The notes: generated by a model from the letters alone, not told the origin. 64,000 bases of DNA from a virus (IMGVR_UViG_3300032249_000574:74-64073); one strand, 5' to 3'. Numbered from the stretch's first letter, positions 1-9,308 are shown. Translations and numbers: made by a program.

Positions 1-215
1 GACTTACGTTTGTTCCTACGTCTTGCCTTCGTAACTCCCTTTGGTTCAACAGCTTTCCAAATTTTGCAGTCTACATCCAGCTTTAAGGACTCCTCCATGC
101 AGAACTGATAGACCTTCCAAGACCAAGGGTCCCACCCAAACCATGGGGTTCTGGATATAAGGTCACCGATCCAATAGTATAGATATGACACGGCGGATTG
201 GAATCTCTTGATCAT
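1..215 (-). CDS. Hypothetical phage protein, runs off window start
   Basis: Hand-translated ORF MIKRFQSAVSYLYYWIGDLISR...; its ATG overlaps the stop of the FkbM gene (ATGA). Confidence 0.6.
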   Translation of the reverse strand, partial: MIKRFQSAVSYLYYWIGDLISRTPWFGWDPWSWKVYQFCMEESLKLDVDCKIWKAVEPKGVTKARRRNKRK

Positions 216-817
216 ACTCGCCTAGCCAGAATGTTCTCTCTGGACTTATGTACCTGTTCGAATCCCTGCAGCCGGAGTTCCTCAATCGTCGCGTCGTAGC
301 TTCGCTCTTGATTGTATTCGATGCAGATGAGACGTGTCGAATCCAAAGTCCCACGCATAGCTTTGAGGATTTCTAGATCGAACCCTTCCGTGTCTATGCT
401 GATAAAGTCGTAGGTCTCTGTTAAGTCCTTGGGGGTTATGGCGGATACCAAGTACGACATTGGGTACGGAGTTAGCGGGAACAGATCCTTCGCATTAGGT
501 GCAATCGAAGAACAGTACTGTTCGTTCGTCCCATCCAAGAAGAATCTGGTAAGCCCGGACTTATCCGACATTGCCGCGTTTATCAAAGTGAACCGCGAGT
601 CCTTACCGTACATCTGCAACAAGCCCATAAACAACCTTGGGTTTGGTTCGACCAGCGTCCCCCACCAACCGGAGAGAGCGAGTGCTCGTGTATTGCTTAG
701 CGTCTGCCCGTCGTAGGCTCCGATATCCAAGAACTTCCCATTCGGGATGTCGGCCAGCTCCCGTAGGATGACCGGCTGTTCGTCGGTCTGGGTGAAGTGT
801 TCCATTGACCCGAACAT
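212..817 (-). CDS. FkbM family SAM-dependent methyltransferase
   Basis: FLDIGAYDG, SNT, LVEPNP, FISIDTEGFDLEIL, ICIE motifs. Confidence 0.9.
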   Translation of the reverse strand: MFGSMEHFTQTDEQPVILRELADIPNGKFLDIGAYDGQTLSNTRALALSGWWGTLVEPNPRLFMGLLQMYGKDSRFTLINAAMSDKSGLTRFFLDGTNEQYCSSIAPNAKDLFPLTPYPMSYLVSAITPKDLTETYDFISIDTEGFDLEILKAMRGTLDSTRLICIEYNQERSYDATIEELRLQGFEQVHKSRENILARRV

Positions 818-883
818 AACCGAGGGGTAAATCCGAGTCCAGAATGATTCTCCCAGCCTTCCTGATCTTACTCGGCTGCTGGG

Positions 884-1738
884 CTATCGCTTTAGTAATG
901 ACCCGATCCAAGCCTTAACGCACTTGTCTATCTCACCGTACTTGGCTGGATCGGTGAACCCCGAGCCTACCGAGTCGACAAGGTAGATCCCCAAACAGTT
1001 ATTGATATCCCTGCTCTTGTGAATGAAGGAGCTAAGCTCCACCACCTTCTGCATAATCTCTTCGGTGCTATATGTAAAACTCGGAAGCAGACATCTGCCA
1101 ATCGCCGTGAATACCCCCGGAGCCATCCTATCGATATCGTTCCTGAACTCCTGCCACTCCACAAACGTTCGTATCATCGAGCCCTTGGTGTAAAGGGTGC
1201 TAATTGTCTCCGCCCCGATCATCTTGATCATCTCCTCAAGATCCTTGGCCTGAGGGTTGCGACATCCGAAGTAATCGTAGTCTATCGATAGGATCCACTT
1301 GGCATCGCTGGATACTGGCTTGGATAAGTCCGTGACAACCGTGAGGGCCAATTCCCTTGATGTGACCAGAGCGTTCCGCGGTGCATAATCCTCATTAATA
1401 AAGTAGAAGGGTACGGATAGCGATGAGCCCAACCGAAGTCCTTCCCCCACCCTACCGATTGCAAAGTTGTACGATCCGTCCATGAAGTCCATCGAGCCCT
1501 TGTCCTTAACCCACAATGCACGATCCACCAATCCTAGATCCACCATCTTCGATATGAAGTTGCCGATGTCGAGTTGTCCGGTGAACATTGCCAAGTCGGA
1601 GTGGGCGTCGACATTCACAATCTCGAATGGGCCTTGGAGTCCGTCATCGAGAACCTGCCAGAGCAATTCGTCATGCTCTTTGAGATGACTCACCTTCGGG
1701 ATAGAACCTCCGGTGGTCACGTGACTAGACCTCTTCAT
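884..1738 (-). CDS. UPF0489-like (arginase/deacetylase-fold) protein
   Basis: EH, NVDAHSDL, IGNFI, LSIDYDYF...NP and SGF motifs; start taken at MKRSSH. Confidence 0.65.
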   Translation of the reverse strand: MKRSSHVTTGGSIPKVSHLKEHDELLWQVLDDGLQGPFEIVNVDAHSDLAMFTGQLDIGNFISKMVDLGLVDRALWVKDKGSMDFMDGSYNFAIGRVGEGLRLGSSLSVPFYFINEDYAPRNALVTSRELALTVVTDLSKPVSSDAKWILSIDYDYFGCRNPQAKDLEEMIKMIGAETISTLYTKGSMIRTFVEWQEFRNDIDRMAPGVFTAIGRCLLPSFTYSTEEIMQKVVELSSFIHKSRDINNCLGIYLVDSVGSGFTDPAKYGEIDKCVKAWIGSLLKR

Positions 1739-3857
1739 TTGGTTTAAGACTGATCTTCCAGATCGTGGTACCACGCACGATCCTTCGTTTCAGTCGCTCA
1801 TCCGTGGATGAGAGGTTCGCCAACATTCTTCCAAGTGCCCGAGCCCCGTGGATAAACATCTTCACGGAGTCGCGGAGACTTGCGTCGTTCTGGAAACCCA
1901 ATAGTAGTTCCGTCGCCGTTCCAGACCACTCCTCGTAATCGGGATGATCCTTGGCGTACTGTTTTAGATACAGGTCCAAGAACTCCGAAAACTCATGCGA
2001 GCCAGACGACGATCTAGATTCCTGTAATAGTATCGGATGATGGTAGGACTTCACACCGTACCGTTCCGATCCTTTTGTTTCCGCCGGCGGGGTCCAACTT
2101 ACCAACCATGCCGCAAAGTTGGGGATCTCCTGATTGAGGGTAGCTTCCAAGTCTGCGTGGCTGGGGAACTCAATGCCGTGATCCTTGAACTTGAATAGAC
2201 TAATCTTATCCAAGATCGAACCATCGGTGTGGGGAATTGCTTGGATGGATTCGGGATCGTCATTCAACGTATCGATAATCCGCCCCATCCAGTCCACGGT
2301 CTGCGCATCATGGAACTTCCTGTGATACGCATGGCGAGTATTGGCTACGCCCTTCTTGATCATCTGGCTAAATTTCTTGTGCGACTCGATGGAGTTCGCG
2401 GATGACGAATCATCCACGTTCCATACGGCTACTTCGAACAGTTCGGCGTTGAATGACGAACCATTGACGAGGTAATCCGATGCGTCGCTACCTCCCCCCA
2501 TGAGGCTGGCTACAATGCGGGAACCGAAGAGAGTTTTACCTTTCCCGACTGGCCCGGCTATGAAAACTGCTTGACCGGGTACGAGGCGACCTTCGAGGGC
2601 GGAGCAGTAAAACCGCTTAAGCCAAGCCATTAGGAACGTAAGTGAATCATGGGGGTCTAGGGCACGGTCTAGGAAGTTGGCTATCCAAGGAAAGCCCTCT
2701 CCCCAAGCATGGTTACCCTCCGCTGGCTGTACAATGCGTAGGCGGGAGATGTTGAGCACCCTACGCCCGTTCTGCACCAAGACCTCTCTTGGGTCATAAA
2801 GACAAGGAATAGGGGCATCTATGATGCGAGAATCACGTATCCTGCGCATCGCCTCATCCGCTTGAGATAGGGTACCCCGTAGATCGGGGGCTCCGGATAG
2901 CCCAAAAGAGCCAATGATATCCTGCTTGGCCACCCCAGACTCCGTAGACCGCCACTTACCTTCCAGATCCCGACGCCAGTAATACTTGCCGTCAAACCAG
3001 AAACTGGAGATGGCACCACCGTATTGATCCTCTTGGAACTCCCGTACCCAGTTGGAACCGAACAAGTCTGCCCAGTTGTAGAAGCTACGTTCCTGTGAGA
3101 AGGCAACCATGCCCGTCTCGGTAACGATTGCTGCGGTTGGGTTGACGGATTCTGGATTCCAGAACGCAGGGCCTCGGGCTCCGACTTCAAAAGGTCCCAT
3201 CCACTTCCCCGGATAGGTCGCTTGCAATCTCTCGAATACTTTGTCGAGTGGGATTGCCGCTTCACCCTCACCGCGATACTTGCGGGCTTTCTCAACTGCT
3301 TGCCCAAGGATGTTGTGTATCGCTGTGGATTTGATCGGTGCTTCGCTGAATGGAATCGCCGGTGGCATCCAACAGTAATATTGTTCGGGACGACTAATGT
3401 TGTCGTCGAGTCCGGGAAAAAGATTTTTAGCATTGGTTTCTTTTATTAGTAATCCGAGGAACTCCTTCAACACTCCTGGAAGAATGGCGATGGGTTCTTC
3501 GAACATCCAAATCACACGGCAGTTTCCGCTGACAGTACGGTGCGCGAACATGGGTTTGAAACCCGTGCGTGTTCTCCGTGCAAGACCGTCAACAATTTCT
3601 TCGCGTGTGACGAGTGCGTCGTAGTCAGCGATCAGTCCGTGCATTTTCCACGGAGCGTTGGATTTGTTTACCCGACCATGAGGATTAACACCCTCATACG
3701 CAGAAACAAAATATCCTTCGGTTGTATCAGCGGATACCCAGTCCTTGAATGCGTCTTTGCTTTTCGGAAACTCTGGCCAGTCCTTGATCTCCCAAGGTTT
3801 GACGGCAACGATGTTTCCGCTCGATAGGTTAGGGAGTGAGAAAAGAGTTGTCTTCAT
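1725..3857 (-). CDS. Primase/primase-polymerase fused to SF3-type (DUF5906/D5-like) helicase
   Basis: N-terminal ADYD and T-SG motifs; C-terminal Walker A GPVGKGKT, FNAEL, VDD; ATGA coupling with polymerase stop. Confidence 0.8.
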   Translation of the reverse strand: MKTTLFSLPNLSSGNIVAVKPWEIKDWPEFPKSKDAFKDWVSADTTEGYFVSAYEGVNPHGRVNKSNAPWKMHGLIADYDALVTREEIVDGLARRTRTGFKPMFAHRTVSGNCRVIWMFEEPIAILPGVLKEFLGLLIKETNAKNLFPGLDDNISRPEQYYCWMPPAIPFSEAPIKSTAIHNILGQAVEKARKYRGEGEAAIPLDKVFERLQATYPGKWMGPFEVGARGPAFWNPESVNPTAAIVTETGMVAFSQERSFYNWADLFGSNWVREFQEDQYGGAISSFWFDGKYYWRRDLEGKWRSTESGVAKQDIIGSFGLSGAPDLRGTLSQADEAMRRIRDSRIIDAPIPCLYDPREVLVQNGRRVLNISRLRIVQPAEGNHAWGEGFPWIANFLDRALDPHDSLTFLMAWLKRFYCSALEGRLVPGQAVFIAGPVGKGKTLFGSRIVASLMGGGSDASDYLVNGSSFNAELFEVAVWNVDDSSSANSIESHKKFSQMIKKGVANTRHAYHRKFHDAQTVDWMGRIIDTLNDDPESIQAIPHTDGSILDKISLFKFKDHGIEFPSHADLEATLNQEIPNFAAWLVSWTPPAETKGSERYGVKSYHHPILLQESRSSSGSHEFSEFLDLYLKQYAKDHPDYEEWSGTATELLLGFQNDASLRDSVKMFIHGARALGRMLANLSSTDERLKRRIVRGTTIWKISLKPNEEV

Positions 3858-5617
3858 TTCTCGTAACACTCCGCTTCTTTGGATTCGCTACCAATGGGAC
3901 AGCCCGGTAGCCATTCTGGTGTGGTACTCATAATGTGGTCTACGTCCTTACATTTCACGTCCTTATCAACTTCAAGGATAACTTCGTCGTGGACGTGAAA
4001 CAGAACACGAAGCCCTTGGTTTTCTAGGCGCTGGACGCATTCTGCGAATACATCCCTCGCCGTTGCTTGAACTAGATTCTCACACAGCCGTCCGCCGTAA
4101 AGAGGATATTTTGGTCCTCCCAATTCCAGCGATGCTCTCCAGTCTGGTTTGCCATGTTTGCCCATTTGGGGCGTGACATCCCAATACTTTTGTGCCCGAC
4201 CGGATGGAAGCTCGACGTGGTAGTCTTCGCCTTTGGATTCCCGAAGCCCTCGCTCCAGCTTGCTCCATAGCTCTACCACTTTAAAATTTTTACGACGATA
4301 GTCGTCTACCAAGTCCCTGCTCTTAGCCTCGGTGATTTCCAACCCCGCCATGAGCTTGGCGATGAGAACGAACTTCTTGGAACCGCAACCGTACCCCAGT
4401 CCCAAGACCTGAGCTTTGGCCAGAGCATAGAGTTCCTTGGATTTCTTAAAGGTACCCTTCTCACCCTTCCACATCCCCGTGGATATTGCGAAGGCTTCAT
4501 AGATGCCGTAGCCGTTCCGTACAGCCTCAAGGAGGGCGGTATTACCCGCCAGCCATGCCAGTACCCTTGGCTCGATCTGGGACAAGTCTGAGATGATGAA
4601 CTTTTTCCCCGGCCTAGGGATGAGGCAAGCCCGTAGGTCTACCCCGAAGGATGGGTCTCTTGGGAGGTTCTGGAGGTTGAATTTACTGTCCCCTGACCAC
4701 CTACCGGTATGGGCACCAAAGTACTTTAGCCCGAAAGGCATAGTCCCGTCGGGACGCCGGCGACGATACAGGATATGCATTTTCTGTAAGAGCATGTTGG
4801 CCTTACGCCAATCCCGCATGGCCCCGACCCACGGGAACTTGTCCCCATAGGTTTCCTCCCATAGCTGACAGCCGGGGTCATCCTCGGAAGTGGATGGGGG
4901 TACCTCGATGCCAGCCTCACGGCAAGCCTTGGCCAGACCTGAGACGGACAGCACGTCGCTGGTGTAGTCTCCGTCGGTCTTCCACGGCATGTGCTCGATC
5001 GCCTTGATACGAATCCAATCCAAGGCGTTCAGTCCCTTGTCGACCATCTCGGTGTTAACATTGATGCCGTGCCACCCAGCCTCGATGGTGTGCTTTGATA
5101 AAAATTTTTCTACAACAGACATGCGGTTACCGAAAGTCTCGTAGAGATCCAAGCAATGCTTGGCATCTTTTGCCGCGTAGAGCTTAAACGCCGTACCCTG
5201 TTCGGTATCCTTAACCTCATTCCAAGTCTTGCCCTTCATAGCCGAGCGAGGATCTTTGGACATGTCTACCCCGAGGAGTTGCTTGGAAGCTCCAGCCAGA
5301 TTACGTGGGGCGCCCATGTAGGCCGATAGGTTAGCCGTACAAAAGAATTCCTTTGGCTTTGCCTTGGTAATCCCTAGTTCATGCAAACGCTCGATACACG
5401 ATCCGTCGAATGCGTAGTTGTGTGCTACCCAACGATGACCATCGATCTTGTCCCATGGTGCGTTCTTGGGATGCCCAACGTATTCGACTCCGGGTCCCTT
5501 GATTGCGACCATGTAAATGTCTGCTTTTTCATGGCGTAGATAATGCCAAGTGCCTAGCGTCGTAATCGACGTTTCCTTGTCGTAGTATGTTTCAAAATCT
5601 ATGGCGTAGGTATTCAT
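3854..5617 (-). CDS. polA: Family A DNA polymerase with 3'-5' exonuclease domain
   Basis: DFETY (ExoI), AHNYAFD (ExoII), YAAKDA (ExoIII), HTGRWSG, NLQNLP, DLSQIEPR (motif A), KAQVLGLGYG (motif B), VHDE (motif C). Confidence 0.95.
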   Translation of the reverse strand: MNTYAIDFETYYDKETSITTLGTWHYLRHEKADIYMVAIKGPGVEYVGHPKNAPWDKIDGHRWVAHNYAFDGSCIERLHELGITKAKPKEFFCTANLSAYMGAPRNLAGASKQLLGVDMSKDPRSAMKGKTWNEVKDTEQGTAFKLYAAKDAKHCLDLYETFGNRMSVVEKFLSKHTIEAGWHGINVNTEMVDKGLNALDWIRIKAIEHMPWKTDGDYTSDVLSVSGLAKACREAGIEVPPSTSEDDPGCQLWEETYGDKFPWVGAMRDWRKANMLLQKMHILYRRRRPDGTMPFGLKYFGAHTGRWSGDSKFNLQNLPRDPSFGVDLRACLIPRPGKKFIISDLSQIEPRVLAWLAGNTALLEAVRNGYGIYEAFAISTGMWKGEKGTFKKSKELYALAKAQVLGLGYGCGSKKFVLIAKLMAGLEITEAKSRDLVDDYRRKNFKVVELWSKLERGLRESKGEDYHVELPSGRAQKYWDVTPQMGKHGKPDWRASLELGGPKYPLYGGRLCENLVQATARDVFAECVQRLENQGLRVLFHVHDEVILEVDKDVKCKDVDHIMSTTPEWLPGCPIGSESKEAECYEK

Positions 5618-5904
5618 TTTATTTTAATAATGGTGATCCTATCTTCACCGATAATTGCTTTTGCCATCACTTCTTCTATGAATGCCATGACGCCCAAGCA
5701 AGCAGATATTCCTTGAATATCTGTTTTATCTGCGGTTTCTAAAATTTTTCCCAAAGCCTTATGGGCTTTTACGTGGTTATCAATAACCTCAACTGGACCA
5801 AATTCCTCAACAATTAGTTTTGCCGCTTTCGCAGCTTCGTCTAAACGAGGGTCAGGGATTATTACAAATTCTTCTGCGAGTTGCTGTGATGTTTTGTGGT
5901 ACAT
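5614..5904 (-). CDS. Hypothetical protein
   Basis: 96-aa ORF coupled to polymerase start. Confidence 0.65.
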   Translation of the reverse strand: MYHKTSQQLAEEFVIIPDPRLDEAAKAAKLIVEEFGPVEVIDNHVKAHKALGKILETADKTDIQGISACLGVMAFIEEVMAKAIIGEDRITIIKIK

Positions 5905-5912
5905 AAAATTTT

Positions 5913-6030
5913 GCCCGATTCATCTGTTCCGTCGTCGGGACCGCTACGGTAAAAGGTTGCCCCCTACTGATAGGGCTATGTCTCCAGGGGGCACCGCAGA
6001 TGATACGGCCACAATGAGAAGACATAACCC
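5913..6030 (-). ncRNA. Candidate structured RNA (multi-stem, pseudoknot or switch)
   Basis: ORF-free gap containing four complementary segment pairs; mismatches become G-U wobbles only on the minus strand. Confidence 0.5.
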
Positions 6031-6035
6031 AAGTT

Positions 6036-6194
6036 TTATTTTTGCCAAAAAGCGTTGCCTTGAGACAGGTGTCTCAATTCTTCTTCCTGCCTGATCTGGC
6101 GTATCCAGCTATTTCTTTCTGCGTTGGTTCCTATGATGTAACCAACGATCCAGCCAATAACTGACGACCCAAGACCAACCAAGATGAATAGCAT
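6036..6194 (-). CDS. Small membrane protein
   Basis: Hand-translated 52 aa MLFILVGLGSSVIGWIVGYIIG..., N-terminal hydrophobic helix; fills gap in operon. Confidence 0.55.
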   Translation of the reverse strand: MLFILVGLGSSVIGWIVGYIIGTNAERNSWIRQIRQEEELRHLSQGNAFWQK

Positions 6195-6195
6195 A

Positions 6196-6456
6196 CTAGT
6201 CCAGCGTTACGATGGCGGGGCCACCGTCGAGAGAGGTTGCGATCTCACCTTCAGCAGGCTTGTCGACAATGGTGCCACCAAGTTTTTTGTTGGCGTCTTC
6301 CATACCGAGTTCGAGAGCCTTCTGAACGTAGGGCAACAAGAACATCGCTGCGGACTTTTCCTCGTTACAAACGTTTTCGTCTTGGGACATACGGATCTCA
6401 AAATCCATTCCCTTACCTTCTTTGTCATACTTGCATTGAATCATTACTGTTGTCAT
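6196..6456 (-). CDS. Hypothetical protein
   Basis: ORF in tightly packed operon. Confidence 0.6.
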   Translation of the reverse strand: MTTVMIQCKYDKEGKGMDFEIRMSQDENVCNEEKSAAMFLLPYVQKALELGMEDANKKLGGTIVDKPAEGEIATSLDGGPAIVTLD

Positions 6457-6731
6457 TTGTTTTTTCCTTTCTTTGGTTTAACCGACTTCTTCATCCACTT
6501 CTTAAAGTGATTCTCGTCTACGTCCTGCAAACAGTGCAGAACATAAAAGCCGAAGATGACTGCCGACATTGTGCTATCTTTCGCTTGGTTGAGATACTTT
6601 TGATCTGGATACATGAAGGTTACCGATTTGTCAGTATTAAATCGCAAACCTGTCTCCTCTTGGGTATCAATCGGCAGGAGATACAATCTCCCGCGCAATA
6701 GCAACTTTAGAGCTTTTACTACTTCATTCAT
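6453..6731 (-). CDS. Hypothetical protein
   Basis: ORF with 4-nt overlaps on both sides. Confidence 0.6.
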   Translation of the reverse strand: MNEVVKALKLLLRGRLYLLPIDTQEETGLRFNTDKSVTFMYPDQKYLNQAKDSTMSAVIFGFYVLHCLQDVDENHFKKWMKKSVKPKKGKNK

Positions 6732-7006
6732 TTTTTCTTTCCCTTTCGAGTTTTCAATGTTGGGCTCGGATCTTTTATCTGTCCAGCTTTTTCTTCAGCT
6801 GCTTGTCTACGTTTTTTAGCATGCTTAACTTCGCTACCGATGATGCCTCGGAACCCATCTCCGTAGTGCATTCCTCGGCGTTTGAAGAAGTCATTCATGC
6901 CTTTGTTAAACTTGGCGATCTCCGCCATGGTTAGTTCTCTGCTATGGCCAGAGACACCCATACGTACGCTTTCACGTTTTTGAGATGGGCCAAAGTCTTC
7001 GTTCAT
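6728..7006 (-). CDS. Hypothetical basic protein
   Basis: Start MNEDFG overlaps upstream stop. Confidence 0.6.
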   Translation of the reverse strand: MNEDFGPSQKRESVRMGVSGHSRELTMAEIAKFNKGMNDFFKRRGMHYGDGFRGIIGSEVKHAKKRRQAAEEKAGQIKDPSPTLKTRKGKKK

Positions 7007-7308
7007 TGAAGTTTCCCTCTTTTCATTTTGAATAGTAGGAAAGCACAACGAACCAAGGCTCTCTCCATATGGGCTATCCGATCCTCCCCGAGAGCGTCCG
7101 GATTAGGCCGGTTACCATCGAGTTGCATAAGTGACTGACATATGTGGGAAATTGCACGATCTGCGTTATAGCGAATGCTATCCTCGAAGAACCATTGGCC
7201 AAAAGTACTTTTGTCCGAACCTTTCTCCATGATGCGGGTGACGGTGCAAAAAGTTTCATTCGCGACCTCGTTAATACTTGGCGCTCTAAAATCATTTTGC
7301 TGGCTCAT
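7003..7308 (-). CDS. Possible DUF5664-like dATP/dGTP diphosphohydrolase domain protein (divergent)
   Basis: Pattern V..IM.KG..K....W....RY..RAISH...D..GE..AH...A..RC.FLL resembles the family. Confidence 0.4.
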   Translation of the reverse strand: MSQQNDFRAPSINEVANETFCTVTRIMEKGSDKSTFGQWFFEDSIRYNADRAISHICQSLMQLDGNRPNPDALGEDRIAHMERALVRCAFLLFKMKRGKLQ

Positions 7309-7480
7309 CTTCTAGATCCTTCTGGATACATTTGGCCATGAGCTTCGCTGCATCGATCTGGCAAATGGTTGCCCTAAAGATTGCTGCGCCCGCATGCGTA
7401 TCGCAATCGTCCCTTAGTTTAGCCAGCATCGTCTTACTTCTCTCTAATGTTTCAATCATCCATTCTATATCGTATTTCAT
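7292..7480 (-). CDS. Hypothetical protein
   Basis: ORF in operon. Confidence 0.55.
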   Translation of the reverse strand: MKYDIEWMIETLERSKTMLAKLRDDCDTHAGAAIFRATICQIDAAKLMAKCIQKDLEDEPAK

Positions 7481-7911
7481 TTGTTCTCCTGTTTGCGGAT
7501 TTCCACTTCGGCATATCTGCCTATCTTGGCGATCTCGCGTTCTGCTTCTTTCTGTGTTCTAAAGAAAAGATCGATGACGGGAAGTCTTTTTTTCTTAGGT
7601 TTTGACCATTCGCTTTTCCTGTTGACGACTGCTGTACCGGTGTCTATTGCCCGCACAACTTTCCCAGTTTCCTTGATAGTCACATACGAACCGTACGGAA
7701 TTACGTACGGGTCTACCGCACACGATTTGCCAGAGACAAGCCTGCGCCCAGTCGAGGACTGCATTTTGCTTGTCCATTGATCTTGACCACACCAGTAAGC
7801 AGTAATGCGTACAAGCATCACCCTTGGAGGTTCGACTTCCCACATTAAGTTGGTCGCGCTAACCGGCACCGACCAGATGATAAGGACTCCGAGTAAATGC
7901 CTCACACGCAC
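7477..7911 (-). CDS. 3D (Asp-Asp-Asp) domain protein, MltA-like, with N-terminal signal/anchor
   Basis: RITAY, AVDP..IPYGS, AIDTG, IDLF motifs. Confidence 0.85.
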   Translation of the reverse strand: MRVRHLLGVLIIWSVPVSATNLMWEVEPPRVMLVRITAYWCGQDQWTSKMQSSTGRRLVSGKSCAVDPYVIPYGSYVTIKETGKVVRAIDTGTAVVNRKSEWSKPKKKRLPVIDLFFRTQKEAEREIAKIGRYAEVEIRKQENK

Positions 7912-8195
7912 AACTCATCCTCCACCTCGATCTCTTCCGCCTCCAGCGGTGGTTCCTCGATTTCCCTGAACCGTTCTTGGTTGAATCCTCGTTCAGGATA
8001 TGGTGGTGTAGACGAGTTTGGGTTTGGCATGTCTTTCAAGTAAACAACAATTTCTGGTTGGCTGTTCCACCCCACCCCTATGCCAACATCCCGCACCATA
8101 TATTGGGCATTCTTTACTGGCAGGTGGGTATAGAAATTAACTACTTCCTTTGGGAAGTTGTCGTCAATGCAAACTACTTTTGATCCTCTTCTCAT
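7902..8195 (-). CDS. Hypothetical phage protein
   Basis: Start MRRGSKVVCIDD; C-terminal GF..ERFR pattern. Confidence 0.6.
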   Translation of the reverse strand: MRRGSKVVCIDDNFPKEVVNFYTHLPVKNAQYMVRDVGIGVGWNSQPEIVVYLKDMPNPNSSTPPYPERGFNQERFREIEEPPLEAEEIEVEDELCV

Positions 8196-8328
8196 TTGAA
8201 TAGTCCTTGTATTTTTTCGATCAACCATAGAACAAGAGCTCCTGTGAAGAACGCTAAGCAGAAACCCAACATTAAGGCCACACTTAGAAACATGATCTGG
8301 CCGATTAGATCTCCAAGCAACCTGATCA

Positions 8329-8511
8329 TCACTTAGTCTCCATTTCATTTTCGCTGTTGGCACATATCTTCATAACTTTGTCGATATCCGCGTTTTGGCT
8401 AGCAAAGATAACTATTTCCGTTTGGTGGCTATCTTTATCCATCCCCGTGATTCGATATGCAAACCACCGTTTGGAAACCCAGAGCCAGAGTTGATATAAA
8501 ATAATGTCCAT
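8329..8511 (-). CDS. Hypothetical protein
   Basis: Start taken at MDIILYQ, downstream of terminator. Confidence 0.45.
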   Translation of the reverse strand: MDIILYQLWLWVSKRWFAYRITGMDKDSHQTEIVIFASQNADIDKVMKICANSENEMETK

Positions 8512-8553
8512 AAAAAAGTGAGGGCACCGGGCTATTACACCCGATGCCCCCAA
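8512..8553 (-). terminator. Rho-independent terminator after putative SSB gene
   Basis: Minus strand GGGGGCATCGGG-loop-CCCGGTGCCCTC followed by ACTTTTTT. Confidence 0.75.
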
Positions 8554-8558
8554 TAAAG

Positions 8559-9308
8559 TTATCCGAAGATTGCTTTTAACTGCTCACAGTTTTCGGGGGA
8601 ATGTTTTCCACCGATCTTGAGCTGGGGCACGAAGTACGAACCAGAGGGGCTCGTACGGATCTTGCTGGTCAGCTCATAGTAGGCTGTGTGGAGGCCGGAC
8701 TTCAGGAACAACTGACTGTCCGTGAAGACCTGCTTTCCGGCAGAGCGGTAGGCACTCTTGGCCATGAGCCATTGAGCCAAACCGTACTGCTTGTCACCGA
8801 CGGCGAACGGGAACAAGGGGTTGTCCTTGTCAGGTGCCTCGATGGCGATGATGGTCTGGAGAGCTTCGCTGTACCGATCGGTATCAGCCTCGGCTTCCGG
8901 ATCGTTGGCCAACGCACCACCTGCCGCACGTACGTCGGACAGACGGTTGAAGGTCTTGGCGATCTGGTCAGAACCATAGACCACATCTTGGATGTAGATC
9001 TTCTGGAGACGCAGGAAGGTGATCTTCGCCGGCTTCTTGCCGTCGCCGATCACGACCTCACGGTTGTAAACGAATGAGCCAGGTTGGAACGTGTTGGACA
9101 GTTCGCCTGTTTTGGCCACTAGGTTCAAGCGCGGGACGGTAAAGTCCTTCGCCGAGAATTCTCCCTCGACTTGGCCAGCCAATGTGTTGACGGACAGCGA
9201 AGCCATTGGGGCCTCGATAATCGCGCCTTCCTCTTTCGATTCGTCGATTGCGGGTGCTGGTGTTGCGGTTGTTTTGGTTGCTTTTGATGGAGCAAATGAT
9301 GTCTTCAT
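8559..9308 (-). CDS. Putative single-stranded DNA-binding/annealing protein
   Basis: Lies between nuclease and polymerase; F.VPRLNLV motif; biased codons and own terminator suggest high expression. Confidence 0.5.
   Translation of the reverse strand: MKTSFAPSKATKTTATPAPAIDESKEEGAIIEAPMASLSVNTLAGQVEGEFSAKDFTVPRLNLVAKTGELSNTFQPGSFVYNREVVIGDGKKPAKITFLRLQKIYIQDVVYGSDQIAKTFNRLSDVRAAGGALANDPEAEADTDRYSEALQTIIAIEAPDKDNPLFPFAVGDKQYGLAQWLMAKSAYRSAGKQVFTDSQLFLKSGLHTAYYELTSKIRTSPSGSYFVPQLKIGGKHSPENCEQLKAIFG

Noticed and set aside
5905-6035. tRNA or HDV-like ribozyme
   Set aside because: No cloverleaf with TTC loop/CCA, and the order of paired segments does not fit the HDV topology
7003-7308. Z-base (2-aminoadenine) or deazaguanine genome modification pathway
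   Set aside because: Only a weak DUF5664-like resemblance; no PurZ, Que or DpdA genes in the window
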